A DNA stretch of 64,000 nucleotides. It comes from Octopus vulgaris. Lineage: Eukaryota. Below, piece after piece: positions 14,442-30,340 of this stretch (position 1 is the first letter of the stretch; every line of letters begins with the position of its first letter). The stretch is from the NCBI GenBank assembly GCA_951406725.2, contig OX597834.1:38006001-38070000 (forward strand). The letters are read 5' to 3'. The notes under the pieces were generated by a model, which worked only from the letters and a program-made list of their open reading frames with translations, had not been told where the DNA came from and made no database searches. The position numbers and the translations under genes were made by a program.

Positions 14442-14534
14442 CATATACACATACATATGTGTATGTGTGCGTACGTGCATAAAAGAATTTGGAAACAAGA
14501 GAATGGATGTGAACAGGCTTTACTACGAAGCATT

Positions 14535-14990
14535 ACAATTGTTTCAGTGCAACATTATCATCTGTTACCTGCTGAATGTTACATATATTAAATACGTTAT
14601 TACATTAATATGATTCAACAATAGATGCATACATGTGCGTCTTCAGGTGAGTAGGCTGTGAGGCACTGTTAGACATCTTTAGTTTTACTTTGTTTTAAAC
14701 CTACACCTTGGGGTCACAAAGTAGAACACAGAAATACAAATGAGGAAAAATAGCAAAAATAGATTAAGAAAAATAAATGAAACACCTCATTCATTTCATC
14801 TTTAACCACAGACTTGTCTCGACTTTTAGGAAAATAAGCGAACTTTCAAAGATAATAATGTCATAAAATGATAAACTTTAACAATTACTTGTCTCTTTGT
14901 GCTTGTTAGCGTTCCACTTCAAACGAAATCGATGACATATGGTTACATCCTAAAAGCAAACTTAAAAATAGACCTTTGTATGTATATATG

Positions 14991-15031
<41 letters not shown>

Positions 15032-15643
15032 ATGTGTATGTATGTTTGGTTGTTGGTTAGCGGATGGTGCGTTCTAAATGTTATCATTGCTTTTCATGTT
15101 ATTCTAATTATCATCAATAGACTACTTAAAGGTTATTGAGAATAGTTAGAACGACATATGTAGCAATTTATAACAACATATAGAAGCGGCACAGCTGGTG
15201 TGTTAACGCCTTTTATCTTACGCTTTATATACAGCTCTTCTTTAAATATTACGTTCATGCTTCTCTTGCATTCATTCTTGACATTTTCGTTTCATACTGA
15301 TCCTTGTTTGCGTCTATATTATGACCAATATCTATTATAGTTTGTTCTTTTACTTGTTTAGTCATTGAACTGCAGCCATGCTGGGGCACAAGCTTGAAGG
15401 ATTTTAGCCGAATAGATCGACCCTAGTTCTTAGTTTTTAAGTCTAATATTCATACTATCGGCCCGTTTTTCGAACCGCTAAAACAAAGAAAAACTAAAGA
15501 TGGTATAACAGTGCTTTAGACCCTATTCACCTGAAGACGCACACGTATGCATCTGTTCTTGCATCATATTAATGTAATAACGTATTTAATATATGTAACA
15601 TTCAACAAGTAACAGCTGATAATGATGCAGTGAAACAATTGTT
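14535..15643. repeat. Inverted repeat pair (arms ~14535-14697 and ~15479-15643) with degenerate long-stem-II hammerhead motif
   Basis: Arms are reverse complements with scattered mismatches; each reads CAC-CTGAAGA...~95 nt...GAAACAATTGT. Confidence 0.8.
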
Positions 15644-16229
15644 ACCAATCGTTGGAGGGACATGCACAGGCACAACCACACGTATACACATACAGGAACA
15701 CGCACACATAATACACACATATGCACACACATACGTGCTCCCACATAGTTCCCATCAACTAGATTTACTCACTAGACATTGGCTGGCCTGGACCTATAGC
15801 AGAAGACACTTACTCAAGGTGTCACGCAGTGGGACTGAACCGGAAACCATGTGATTCTTCCTTCCTGAGTCACTCAGATTGCTAGTGCCGGTTTCTCGGT
15901 TTCTATGGCGCATGTATTCCCTTCCTGGACAGGGCGCCAGTCCTTCGCATTATTGCTTCTTTTTACCTGCTGAATGGACTGGAACAATATGGAGAAATTC
16001 CAACCACGTTTCATGGTTCGCTCCCTCAACAGCTCCTTTATAGAATCCAGTGGTTAAGGACATCAACAGGAGGAACCACGTCCGGTTTCGGATCCTATTA
16101 CTCTACCGTCTTCGACGTGGTGGAGCCTCACTTTCGGAGATGTCTTCAGCTCTAGTGTTGAGTGCATTTTTTTTGTCTTTTCTATTTTCATTATTTGGGG
16201 GGGGGCTTGTTGTTCTTTGGTTTCTTCTA

Positions 16230-16610
16230 TGTAAATAAAGTGTTTTCGCTAAAGAACAAGATGCGTGACCCGGTCCAGGAGTTAAACCACTAGGATTTGA
16301 AACCACAATTTTATAATCATGAGTCCAACACTCTAACCACTACTCCACATGCCTCCACAAATTAAAGTTCCTTCTCGACTCATATAGACTTATAGGACCG
16401 GTTTCCCGGTTTGCATGGCTTTTATATTCTTCACCTGGACAGGACACCAGTCCATCATAAGATCACTCATTTTGGCTCGCTGAGTGGACTGGAGCAACGT
16501 GAAATGGAACGCTTTACTCAAGAACACAACGCGTTGCCCGGGCCAAAAATCGAAACCACAATCTTACAGTCACGAATCTAACACCCTAACCACTAAGCCA
16601 CACGCGTCAC
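16230..16610 (-). mobile_element. Two adjacent diverged SINE family D copies
   Basis: Two tRNA-like heads on the minus strand (TAGTGGTTAG..GTGTT..., GGTTTC(G/A)A..). Confidence 0.65.
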
Positions 16611-17285
16611 GTTGCTGCAAAGCGAGTTTCTTAACCACAGAGCCAAAACCCCGTATTATCGCACAGGTTCGAGTCAATGCCCTCATTCTATCAGCTTCTG
16701 TTACTAAGTACAGTATTTTTATGATCGTAACCACCGTGCTAACGTAGATTATCTATAAAATCAGTAACGCAAAGAAAACGCTCAGTTATCACTCGATAGA
16801 ACCTAAACCCAAATTTAGTGTATGATATAAAAAAAAAATCTTCGTTAAAGAGTAAGAAAAAGAAAAATGAAGAATGGGTGTATACGTTTAGCCTTTCTTT
16901 TCCCATTTTCGTACATTACAGCTTCGACGGATCATTTGTCTTTTGGCGCAATCTCTCAAATGTTTTATGCACGTTCGTTCGTACTGGCTGTACATCCGTA
17001 TTTCGATAAAGTTTCTTGATAATGTGCAATGATAATTGCGCAATCTCTCGAATATCTAACGCATATTCCTTGTGTCTGTACAGCTGTGTTCTTCATAACG
17101 CGTCTCATCTTCGCGTCTCTTCGCTGAAATATTTCCTGCTCGTTTTTATTGTCTGTACATCCGTAGTTTTGATAATATTCTCAGGGGTGCTTTTTATGCG
17201 GTCACTCTACCTGCAGGAAATAGCTGCCAAATCTCTTAAATTCAGCACGATGTATAGGTAAGTCTCACTACCTATCTATGCACAC

Positions 17286-17374
<89 letters not shown>

Positions 17375-17394
17375 TCCTACTTACATATATACCT

Positions 17395-17474
<80 letters not shown>

Positions 17475-18178
17475 ATATACATACATATGAATAGATATTT
17501 TAGATTTAGCTAATATATGTTTGCGATGTCTGTATGAATGTTATATATACATATAAACATATATTCATACCAATATATGTATGTATATAAACATGTATAC
17601 GCATATATATATGTCTATATAAATATATGCGTACATACACACGCATGCACACACAAATATACACCTATATAAATATAAACACATATATATGTCTATGTAT
17701 GTGTGTGTGTGTGCGTGTGTGCATACATACACATAGATATATACAATAATACATACGTACAAATATAAATACCTAAATATGTATATAAATATATGTATGT
17801 GTGTGTAGATAGATAGACAGATAGATATATACATACAAATAAATATATACATACAAACATAGATACATATATACATACATACACATACATGCATACACAT
17901 ACATATATACATGCAAACATACGTACATACACACACATGCATACATATATAATGCATACATAATTACGTACACATACATACATACATACATACATACATA
18001 CATACATACATGCAGACATACGTACATACACACACATTCATACATATATACATGCATACATAATTACGTACATACATACATAGTTATATACATACATACA
18101 CATACATGCATGCACACATACATACATACATACATACATACACACATACATACATACATACATACATACATACATACA

Positions 18179-18209
<31 letters not shown>

Positions 18210-18773
18210 GCATACATATCTTTGACAGACTTCTTTGATGTTCCGTCTCAAATATTCTGTTTTCTGTTACCATTCACCTAAACTACTAAAATATTGATAG
18301 GATGTAGTTCTGCCGTTCCATAGAAATACCTAATGTTTTATATACTTCCATAGTTATCTTCCATAGACGTTTCCAGGAGGCCACTAAAATATATCTATCT
18401 CGTCATTAATCTCCTCTTTAAAACATATTCATGGAATCTTGTATACCATTTGTCAACTATATTGCTGCCATTAATACTTAGAATATTTAATAATGTCTCC
18501 AATTACACCATTTTAATAAACCCTTGAGGTTCAAGAATTCTACAGCATACAAGTTTTGATTGGCCCTCTTTTTTATACTCTCTCCCTCTCCGTCTCTTTC
18601 TCTCGATACATAAATAAATACATATATTTGCATACAGATATTCATACATACACACACACACGCGCGCGCACACACATATATATATATATATTGTTTACTA
18701 TTCCGTTTAGGTAAGATCAACAAAGCATGTACACCATCTACTGATATATATATATATATATACACATACATAC

Positions 18774-18828
<55 letters not shown>

Positions 18829-18919
18829 AAATACGTATATATATATACACATACACACACACACACATATATATATATATACATATATATATATACATAC
18901 ATATATATATACATATATC

Positions 18920-18966
<47 letters not shown>

Positions 18967-18974
18967 CATCATCT

Positions 18975-19190
18975 TTACTTGCATCAGTTATAGAATGCGG
19001 CCATGCTGGGGCACAGCCTTGAAGAATTTCAGTTGAACGAATCTACCCCTGTATTTTTGGGTTTTTTAAGCCTGGTACTTATTCTATCCTACTCTTTCGC
19101 TGAAACGCTTAAGTTACGAGAGTATAAACAAACCATCACCGGTTGTCAAACTGTGGCGGAGTAAAATCACAAAGCTTAAGACACACACAC
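18975..19190 (-). mobile_element. Diverged SINE family A 3' part
   Basis: TGCGGCCATGCTGGGGCAC...GGTACTTATTCTATC motifs. Confidence 0.7.
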
Positions 19191-19339
19191 GCATATATAT
19201 GTGTGTGTATGTGTGCGAATGTGTATATACATATATATATATAAATATATATATATATACATATATATGTATGTATACATAATACATATATACATATATA
19301 CGCGTGTATATAAATGTATGTTTGTATGTATGTATGTAT

Positions 19340-19795
19340 TTCCTCTTTTGTTTTTAGTTATTCAAATTCTTCCCCTGAGGAAGGAACTAGTTTCTAACAA
19401 AGATACGAAGTCTCATTGTTGGAATGGATAACAAAAACAATGTCATATTTTAAACTTGAGAAAAGTTTTGCATATTTTAATTGTTCTACTTACAGACTGT
19501 ATTTGTAACGAACGAGTTACTTGGCTGATTTCTTTTTCCGAAAACCCTCGCTTACCCAGATTGCCATTTGGGCATTTACTTACATAACTGAGAGCAGCGA
19601 TTATTATTTGCATAATTGTGAAATTATAATCTGTATATAGAAGTTGGAGATTTCAAAACAGTTGTCCATAGTTATTTTTTTCATAATTATTCTTTGGTTT
19701 TGAAAGAGCTATTCATATCAGCAGAATAGCTATGATGGTACATACTTTTTCTTGTCTGTCCCAAACAACAATATTCGGCCTATTTACACTTGATA
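19340..19795 (-). mobile_element. REL-type non-LTR retrotransposon 3' fragment (PD-(D/E)xK endonuclease remnant)
   Basis: Minus translation with frameshifts: NRPNIVVWDRQEKVCTII...NNYGQL..NLQLLYTDYNF...GFSEKEISQVTRSLQIQSVSRTIKICKTFLKFKI*. Confidence 0.8.
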
Positions 19796-19805
19796 GATGT
19801 TTTGA

Positions 19806-19894
19806 TGGGAATTTGAACTCAGAACGTATCGGCAGACGAAATACCACTAAGCATTTTGCCCGGCGCGCTAAAGTTTCTGCCAGCTCGCCGCCTT
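19806..19894 (-). mobile_element. SINE family B head
   Basis: AAGGCGGCGAGCTGGCAGAAAC...GAGTTCAAATTCC on the minus strand. Confidence 0.85.
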
Positions 19895-20599
19895 CAAATA
19901 TCCCTATTTCTGTGATAATTTCCAGTATAAATATATATATGTACACGCGTCGGGTTCCTTTCAGTTTCCGTGCACCAAATCCACTCACAAAGCCCTAGGC
20001 TATAGCAGAAGGCACATGTTCAATGTGATACGCAGTGGGACTGAACATGGAACCATGTTTTTCGGAAGCAAACACTCAAAAGAGGACAGAAAAAAGTTGA
20101 GACATCGCCGGCAGGATTCGAACACACCGCGCCTATTCGAATGAGTTCAGCTCTAAAGCAAATCGGTATCAAAATATTAAATGTCCTAATCAGAAGCCTT
20201 CACACACACACTCACACACACACACACACACATATATGTGCCTATATCAATGTATAGATCTTCAGGTTATCTTTGCATCTAATAGAGCTCCAGTCCATTT
20301 ACATATCTATATAGAACCGCAATCCATCGGTTCCTGTATGCAACTCCAAGCTCTCTATCTATTTACCTCTCTGTCTCTCCGTATCTATTTGTCGTCTCTC
20401 ACTCTCTCTCTTTCTCTCTCTTTATCCATTCATACATACATACAAACATACATACATACATACATACATACATACATACATACATACATACATACATACA
20501 TACATACATACGGAGACAGAGAGACACGGAGAGGGAATCAACGAAATTATAGGCTGCTTATGGTTTTAAGCGAGACACTGTCGCTACATAAATGACTTT

Positions 20600-21350
20600 T
20601 CTGTTTATTTGGGAACGGTGTTTACGGTTGCATTAATGTGTTTTATGAGAATATTAGTTGCACAATAGGTGTATTCCAGCGACTTTCTAGATTCCAATAC
20701 TAACTGGTGAAAAATTATATATTTCTATTGTTTTCAAGCTGCAGTAGTAATATTACTGTGGAACAACAGTTCATGATTATCAACGTTTCGTCAAATAATT
20801 TCCAAGGTTCGCTCTGTTAATTAGAAGTTGATCTTTACAACCATAAAATCCTCTACGGTACGTTTTTTTCTTTGCGTCTTCTACTATTTGTGTGATTGCG
20901 TTTTTCGAAATAAATATCCGTTCTCTTGGAATATTGAGACATAAAAGTTGTGGTGATATATGGTAATTGGTTAGTAACTTGATATATTATATTTTGGTTA
21001 TTCTTTGGGAGAAGTTAAATCGTACCTTCTGGTAACTATAATGGAATATTGTCTGTTTTATTCATAAGGGAGAGTATGGTATAAAATCAGCGGTTTTCTG
21101 GTGTGCTGATGTGAGATAATTTAAGGTAAGCGTGGCATTTATCTGACCCCCTACAGATTTTCCCTTAAACACTACGTTAAAGTTATAATGGAGATTATTT
21201 ATATGCCATTCCTGTTGTGTAGGTTACTTTTATTTCCCTTCTTATTTCTTAATCTATTCAGTATTACTGGTAAAAGCTTCTTTATTGATCCACATTCTCC
21301 ACATCTTCAGGGTACTTATTCAATATATCTATTGGCTATTTTCTGATTTT
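20600..21350 (-). mobile_element. Degenerate R4/Dong-type reverse transcriptase fragment
   Basis: Minus translation RRGFYGCKDQLLINRA (~20812-20857), preceded by EGTI*LLPK and Y*PIT remnants. Confidence 0.75.
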
Positions 21351-21814
21351 TTTTTTTTTCCTGAAGCTTTTTCGTGTTTGCTTAAAAAACTTTTATATTG
21401 CTTTAAAAAAAACTTAACTTTTATCTATTTATTATTTTTTTTAATCTTCTAACGCATTTGATCTTCATTCGGAAATTCTAATTTTCATATGATTTCGGTA
21501 ATATCTATTGATTTTTTAATCTTTTTTTTTTTCACATTTCACAATTTTTTTTTACTTTACTTTATTTTATTTTTTTTTTCACTATCTTTTCTGATTTTCT
21601 TCCAGGAGTGTTTATTGAATATGTTTTCCTCACTTCTTTAAATTCTACGATTTCTCTTCCAATCTAAACCTTCCATGCTACAATCTCGTTAATGTAGCTT
21701 CATTTGATAGATTTTTTTTAAAGAATAGAATTTCGGTTATTAGCAAATATGGAGGTAACATCAACGACGTCAATATGACAGAATCATAATAAACACAACG
21801 ATACAAAGATGCAT

Positions 21815-21888
21815 CACTGACATATGTCATGTCTGTCACTAACACATGCCTGTCACTGACATATGCCTGTCACTGACATATGTCTGCC
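21815..21888. repeat. ~17-bp tandem repeat (GTCACTGACATATGCCT) x4
   Basis: Directly visible. Confidence 0.85.
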
Positions 21889-21947
21889 ATATACATATTT
21901 CCGATGGATTTGTTTTACACATATTTGTTGTCTTTTATCGTTTTTCT

Positions 21948-22335
21948 TTTACTTTTTACTTGTTTCAATCATTCAACTGCGTCCATGCTGGGGCACTGCT
22001 GTGAAGAATTTCTAGCCAAATGAATCAACCCCAGTACTTTCTTTTTTTCAAATCTGGTATTTATTCTATCTGTTTCTTTTGCTGAGCCGCTAAGTTACGA
22101 AAACGTAAACACACCAACACCGTTTGTCCAGTGGTAGTATGGGACAATCACAGACACAAAGACATACACACATAGATAAATATATGTATACGACGGGCTT
22201 CTTTCTGTTTCCGTCTTCCAAATCCACTCACAAGACTTTGGTCGGCCCAAGGTTGCCCAAGGTGCCACTCAATGGGACTGAACCTGGAACCATGTGATTG
22301 GGAAGCAAGCTTCTTACCACACAGCCACGCCTGCG
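21948..22335 (-). mobile_element. SINE family A, diverged
   Basis: Head and tail recognisable, small internal deletion. Confidence 0.85.
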
Positions 22336-22935
22336 ATTGATATGATCTACGTCATTTAAAATATAGAACGCATTATATAATATACACTCTTTAAAAAAAA
22401 TAGAATATACACTCTACAAAATTTAGATTATATTGCATGATATACACCTTGAAAACCTTTTACATTTAGAATATTTGATAAGATGTTAAATGTCTGTGAT
22501 TATGCAATAAGCCGTTGGGATATTAAGAGAAGTTAAAATTCAACATTTTCTGTAAAAGGAAAACTGAAGAATGTTTCCCTAAGAAAAATAGCAAATGTTA
22601 ATTTTATTACAAAATTTGGAAAATTGTTCTTTAATTTAAATATTTTTTAAAAATATATCACGGAACATTATTGATTTGTTGAAATGGGTTACGATGGAGA
22701 AATTTTTCAGAAGCTCTTATCTAGAAGAGAACCGTTTTTTTTCTTCTTTTATAAGCTGTATAGCTGGTGAAAAAAATAAACTAACGAAAGTCAACAACAT
22801 TTGATTCACGATTTCAAATCCACTTTCTAGATACTTCATTTATGAGCTATTCAGATATTTGGAAAATGTTTTAGTTCAACAAAAAAAAACTCTTCTCCTT
22901 ATGTATTTCAAATGTTGTCAATATATTATGTTACT

Positions 22936-23330
22936 AAGGCAACAAGTTATTGGAATCGTTAGCATACCGTGTGAAAAGCTTAGTAACATTTCACTATTTC
23001 TATAATCTGAGTTCAAATTCCGCCGAGGTCGACTTTACTTTCATCCTTCTGAGGTCGATAAAATAAGCACTGAGGTTAATTTAATCGATTAGCCCCCTCC
23101 CCCGAAATTGCTGGCCTTGTGCCAAAATTTAAAATCAGTATATTACTTATGCTGGCAAGGCAGCAAGCTGGCAGAATTGTTAGCATGCCAGACAAAATGC
23201 TTCGTGGCATTTGGACCGTCACTCCAAGTTCGGTCCCAGTGCGTAATACCTTGGGCAGGTGTCTTCTACAGCTTCAGGCCGACCAAAGCCTTGTGAGTGG
23301 ATTTGGAAGACGGAAACTGAAAGAATCCTG
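22936..23330 (+). mobile_element. SINE family B copy followed by a B-head/A-body chimera
   Basis: B core at ~23007-23065; second B head at ~23157 joined to A sequence CCTTGGGCAGGTGTCTT...GACGGAAACTGAAAGAA. Confidence 0.7.
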
Positions 23331-23385
<55 letters not shown>

Positions 23386-24447
23386 TAGGTGTGATGTACA
23401 GATATTGAATATTCAGGAAAAAGGTCGCCAGAATTTTGGAGAAAAATATTTTTATTTATTCATTATTATTAACGCTTTCGTTCGCGGTTGTCTAAATTTA
23501 TCGGTCTAATTCTTTCATTCTAAATCTAATTGCCCAAGTCAGACATGAACAACTTTTCTGAGAAGCAGGCTGCTTGAGATATGGCCCGTCATCTGGTAGA
23601 CTGCACTACTAAAAATTTTAAGATAATTTTCAGTTAGGCGTGTCCTTCACAAAATCTTGCGGGCCGCAAGTTGTTCATGACTGCTCATGATTTAGCAGCC
23701 AAACTACGGCAGCTTCTAGAAATCGTGTACCATTCTTCCGCTAGCACGGTACCATATTTCGATGATTGTTAAGTGTCTGGCCTAGTTACGTGCATATTTA
23801 GCCATTTTCTGGTCCCTTTTTACCTGCCCCAGTAGAACATCCGGTATGTGACATCTGGAGGGAGAGAGGGCAATTCCGATACTAATTGGGTGCTCAGTTT
23901 CACTTCAGTAGACAATAACAATGAGAAATGAAGAGCCTTGTTCAAGGATTCAGTGGTTTGCCCAATCCACGGATGAAAGAAACCTTCGAGTTCTCTTGTC
24001 GCGAACATAATGCTCTAAACACTAGACAACGCTCTTTCTGGTTACCTAAATCTGTAAACATTCTTAAGAAACTCACTAAAAGAATATAAATTAAATTTGG
24101 TACTGTTTAGAAGATTAGGCATTTTTTCTCTCTCTCTCTCTTTCCCTCTCTCTCTCTCTCTCTCACTCACTCTTTCTCTCTCTCTTCTTTTGAACGCTTC
24201 GAGAAATACAAACTTTGGTGGAATTTGTTAACAAAGAAAAAGTTCTTACTTCATCATGGAAAACATTGTGTAACTATAGCAACTAAATTTAAGACAACAG
24301 CAACCTGTGGAATTATTAAGGATGTATTGAATAAATATTTTTAGACTGATAAAATATTCTTAGCACGCAAAATACTTAGGTTCGACATTTCGATTGTTCT
24401 TAATATTATCCTCACCATCATTACCATCATCACCATCATTACCTTTT

Positions 24448-24518
24448 TATTATTGTTGTTGTTGTTGTTGTTGTTGTTGTGTTGATGCTGATGTTATTAC
24501 TGTTGTTGATATTATTAC

Positions 24519-24617
<99 letters not shown>

Positions 24618-24626
24618 CATTATCAA

Positions 24627-24668
<42 letters not shown>

Positions 24669-24685
24669 CATCATCATCATCATCA

Positions 24686-24740
<55 letters not shown>

Positions 24741-24792
24741 TATTATTATTACTATTATTATTATTATCATTATTATTATTATTATTATTATT

Positions 24793-24824
<32 letters not shown>

Positions 24825-24826
24825 TA

Positions 24827-24911
<85 letters not shown>

Positions 24912-24912
24912 T
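24448..24912. repeat. Compound (TTG)n/(TTA)n/(TCA)n microsatellite
   Basis: Directly visible. Confidence 0.95.
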
Positions 24913-25509
24913 ATCGTCGCTATTTTCGTTTTGTTGTTGTTATTGCATCTTATATTTTCGTTATATGTTCTATGGCGTTTCTTCTTGTAGGTCTTCTTGC
25001 AGCATTTGTTTTTTACTGTTTTTTACTGTTTTTTCCTGTTTTTGTTTTTGTTTTCCTGCTGTTTCTTTACTTTTTTTTTTCTTTTTTAAGTTGTTGTTAT
25101 TAATGGATTTAATATATGGAGGCGTCGTGCGATAGTGGCGGTGGTAGTGGTATTGGTGGTGGTGGTATTGGTGGTGGTGGTGGTGGTGGTGGTGGTGGTG
25201 GTGGTGGTAATAGACGTAATAGCGATGGAGTAGTGATGGGGAAAAGGCTGGCAATTTAAGTAGATGTGATTTTCGAGCTTTGCGCTTTTCAGTGTGAATA
25301 TAAAACGAGAGAAGCAAAATATGTCGAACACCAAGAAACAGCGACAATTATGACAACTGATTGTGAATATGTTTAGGATTGGGTCTTGGAAATCTTCACT
25401 TTGTTTTTATTATTTCTACTCTTTATAATCAGAGAACTAAATATATTGCCATTTGAATATATGCAGTGTGTGTGTTATGTATTGGATTTTTGGTTAAGTA
25501 GTTAGTAGT

Positions 25510-25658
25510 GTGTGGAGGAACGTGACGTGGTGGTTAAGGTGTTGTACTCAAAATCGCAAGGTTGCGGTTTCGATTCCTACACCGGGCGATGGGTATTGTT
25601 TCTTGAGCGAAACACTTCGTTTCACGTTGCTTCCAGTCCACTCAACTGGCAAAAATCA
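25510..25658 (+). mobile_element. SINE family D 5' part
   Basis: GTGGTTAAGGTGTTG...GGTTTCGATTCC...CTTGAGCGAAACACTT. Confidence 0.7.
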
Positions 25659-26018
25659 GTCACTCATGAGACTATTCTTTACCTTTATAAGTCCATCATT
25701 CGCCCCTGCATTGAATACTGTTGTCACATACGGGCAGGTGCTTCTGCGGATTGTTTAACTCTGCTGGGCCACACTCAAGGCCGTATTTGTAATGCTATTG
25801 GTCCTGATCTATCTTCTAAATTGGATTCACTCTCTCATCGTCGTTGTGTGGCTTCTTTGTCTCTTTTCTATAAGTATTTTCATCGACATTGTTCAGCTGA
25901 GCTCTCTTCTCTGGTTCCTCCTTTAAGAACTTATCAGCGATCAACTAGACTTGCATCGAGTTCTCATCAATATACTGTGCAACCTCCTAAGTGTTGTAAG
26001 GCACTTTACAGTACCAGC
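25659..26018 (+). mobile_element. CR1/L2-group LINE ORF2 C-terminal fragment
   Basis: LYLYKSIIRPCIEYCCHI.AGA...LDSLSHRRCVASLSLFYKYF..HCSAEL matches the conserved post-RT region of CR1/L2-group elements. Confidence 0.88.
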
Positions 26019-26074
26019 ATTCGCCCTCGCATTTGCTGGCCTTGTGCCAAAATGTGAAATCTATATACAGATGC

Positions 26075-26285
26075 CCGGCGAACTGGCAGAATCGTTAGCA
26101 CGCCAGGCAAAATGCTTCGCGGTATTTCATCCACCTTTGTGTTCTGAGTTCAAATGCCACTAAGGTCTACTTTGCATTTTATCCTTTCGGAGTCTATAAA
26201 ATGAGTACCAGTTGAGCACTGAAGCCAAAGCAATCGCTTTACCCCTTCCCCGGAAATTGTTGGCCTTGTGACAAAATTTGAAATC
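26075..26285 (+). mobile_element. SINE family B, diverged
   Basis: Head and core motifs present. Confidence 0.8.
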
Positions 26286-26850
26286 GATAGTTTATATTGT
26301 TTGATTTTTAATACACCTGTAGTTCTCTATATTAGGATGTAACCTCAGTTTTTCTTTGTTATGGAGTTTGCCTTTTGTTTTGGTTTATTTTCAGTACCAT
26401 TTTAGAATTTCCTCTGATATGAAAAGTCTTTGAAGTGTCTGTCGCGTTATTTTATTGGCTGGAGAAAATATTTTCGTATGTGCTATTTGATTGGTGTTAA
26501 ATACTGATTCTGTATAATATGAGGTGTATAGTTTGTGTGGCATTAATGAGTTTCGACTGCTTAGATTTTGAGTTGCGTGATTTGTGTGAACTTGTGTGAG
26601 TTATGGCTGTTACAGCGTTGAATATCGGTTGGTGGTGGGGGGACTTGTGTCATTCTCTTAAGTGACGACCATATAGAAGGTACGTTCGAAAAGTTTTGAG
26701 ACAATTTTAAAATTTCAATGAAATACAAAACTCTAATCTCTTTCATAGGAGATTTCTCTGACTTCAATGCACATGTTGCAGCGTTCAGACCACTTTGTGA
26801 ACCCACCACCACCACTATGGAAGTACTCCATTAGTCACAGAGAGCAAGGG

Positions 26851-27060
26851 CTTTCTCAATTAACACTATGTCTGGTTTCCTATTCTCTATCTCATGGTCA
26901 CACTGAATCATAAAATCCTACAGGATCTTTGCATTATCATTTTTGATGATGCCTTCGTGTTTTATGTTCGTACTACGTTTTTCTGTCAAGTCCATACTTG
27001 TTGCAAAGTCTCCAGTGAACAATTCTTGCTGTTGTCATGATGTCTCTTATATTCTTTTTT
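26851..27060 (-). mobile_element. R4/Dong-type LINE fragment (zinc finger to REL start)
   Basis: KEYKRHHDN..ARIVHWRLCNKYGL...YEH..EGIIKNDNAKIL*DFMIQCDHEIENRKPDIVLIEK. Confidence 0.88.
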
Positions 27061-27101
27061 CATCATCATCGTCGTCGTCGTTGTTATTATTATTATTATT
27101 A

Positions 27102-27447
<346 letters not shown>

Positions 27448-27460
27448 ATTATTATTATTA

Positions 27461-28740
<1,280 letters not shown>

Positions 28741-28750
28741 AGTCTGCCTC

Positions 28751-29170
28751 TAAGGCGGCAAGTTGGCAGAATTGTTAGCACGCTGGACAAGATACTTAGC
28801 GGCTTTTCGTCTGTCTTTACGTTCTAAGTTCAAATTCCACCTTTCATCCGTTTAGGGTCGATAAAATAAGTACCGTCTGGGGTCGATGTAATCGATGAAA
28901 CACCTCCCACAAGATTCCAAGCTTTATCATTTCAGGAATATCAATCATACTCCAAGGCGGCGAGCATTATTAGCGCACCGGACGAGATGCTTTGCGGTAT
29001 TTCGTCCGTTTTTAGGTTCTGTATTCAAATTCCTCCAATGTCGACTTTATTTGATTTTGCCTTTCATCTTTTCGGAGTCGATAAATTAAGTACCAGTTGA
29101 ACACTGGGGTCGATGTAATCGACTTAACCTTTCTCCCGTAATTGCTGGCCTTATACCAAAATTTGATACC
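28751..29170 (+). mobile_element. Two tandem SINE family B copies
   Basis: Heads at ~28752 and ~28953, each with the core. Confidence 0.8.
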
Positions 29171-29849
29171 AATATTAGTCTGAGTATAGATTTTTTCCCA
29201 TCTAATTTTCTTTTCCATCTAAACTTTTTTGTATATCATCAGCCTCGTCTACTCCTAACTAGTTGTGCTGGTGGTTCTAACCTAATTCTCTGATTTCGGT
29301 CTCTATGTCTAATTTAATATTTCCATTTCGGATTTATTTATGCATTTTTCTTTTCTTTTTTATTGTAGCTTTGGTAGCTAGAAGAAAGATAATGCAGGAC
29401 TGATAAGAGGTGTTATGTTCTGAGAAGGAGTCAGGGTGGTGTTGCAAGTTCTAATGATGCCCGAAAACCACAAAGCCATACCAGAGCTGTATCTTGTTGA
29501 GGGCGCCGATGAGAAAGAGCATGATAGTGTGAGACAAAAAAGCCTTTTAGATGTGGTTATAAAATACCTTTGATGGGGTTTTTTTGACCGATGAGATGAA
29601 ATAGCTAGAAAAGCAGAATAGAGGGGGAAACAGCGAAACAGCCGATGCCCTAGTTTCAGGAGCGCCATCTATCACATTTCCGAAAATAGTGGAGGAGGTC
29701 ATCCTCTGCTCAGCCCTATGTTATCTGTTCATTGCATTCTGAGTTCAGTTTCTACCGAGAGGTTCAATTCCTATTGAAGGTTAAGGCTAACCACTCGACC
29801 ATTGGTTAGGTCACGTTTTATTTTGAGCGTTGAAGTAAACGTAGGAAGG

Positions 29850-30340
29850 TGGTTGTAGTTACCTGCTACTGTAGTCGAATAACGATGCTGGTGGTGGTAG
29901 TGGTGGTGTTGGTAGTGTCGGCGGCGGTGGATGTGATGGTGACGGTAGCAGCAGCAGCGGTTGTGGTGGTGGTGGTGGTGGTGGTGGTGGTGGTGGTGGC
30001 AGAGGTGGTCTTTGTGATTGTGGTCGTTCTGGTGGAAGTGGTTGTCGTGCTTGTAGTGTTGGTAGAGGGGATCGCGACGGTGGTGTTTGTAGAGGCGATG
30101 TTTGTTGTAGTGGTGATGGTGATGGAGGTGGTGGTGGTGGTGGTCGTCGTCGTCGTTGTCGTCGTCACTGCAGTCGTGATGATGGTAATGATAATGGAGG
30201 TAATGCTTGTGTGGTGGTGGTGGTGGTGAAGGCAGCGGCGGCGGCATCGTACGTGGCGCCGGTCGTGGAATGATGTTAGTGGTGGTCATGGTTGTAGTGG
30301 TGGCAATCGTCGTCGTAGTCATCATCGTCACCGTGCTGGT
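29850..30340. repeat. Degenerate (GTG)n/(GTC)n triplet low-complexity tract
   Basis: Directly visible. Confidence 0.85.

Noticed and set aside
17217-17257. Small AG...GTAAGT-bounded candidate exon
   Set aside because: Resembles a dispersed repeat end (similar to ~3515-3540); no independent support.
20100-20160. tRNA-like T-arm (GTTCGAATCCTGCCGGCG) on the minus strand
   Set aside because: No D-arm or acceptor stem; at most a tRNA-derived fragment.
23470-23565. Possible long-stem hammerhead ending GAAAGCGTTA on the minus strand
   Set aside because: Upstream core (CTCAGAA) and stem I are too degenerate to support.
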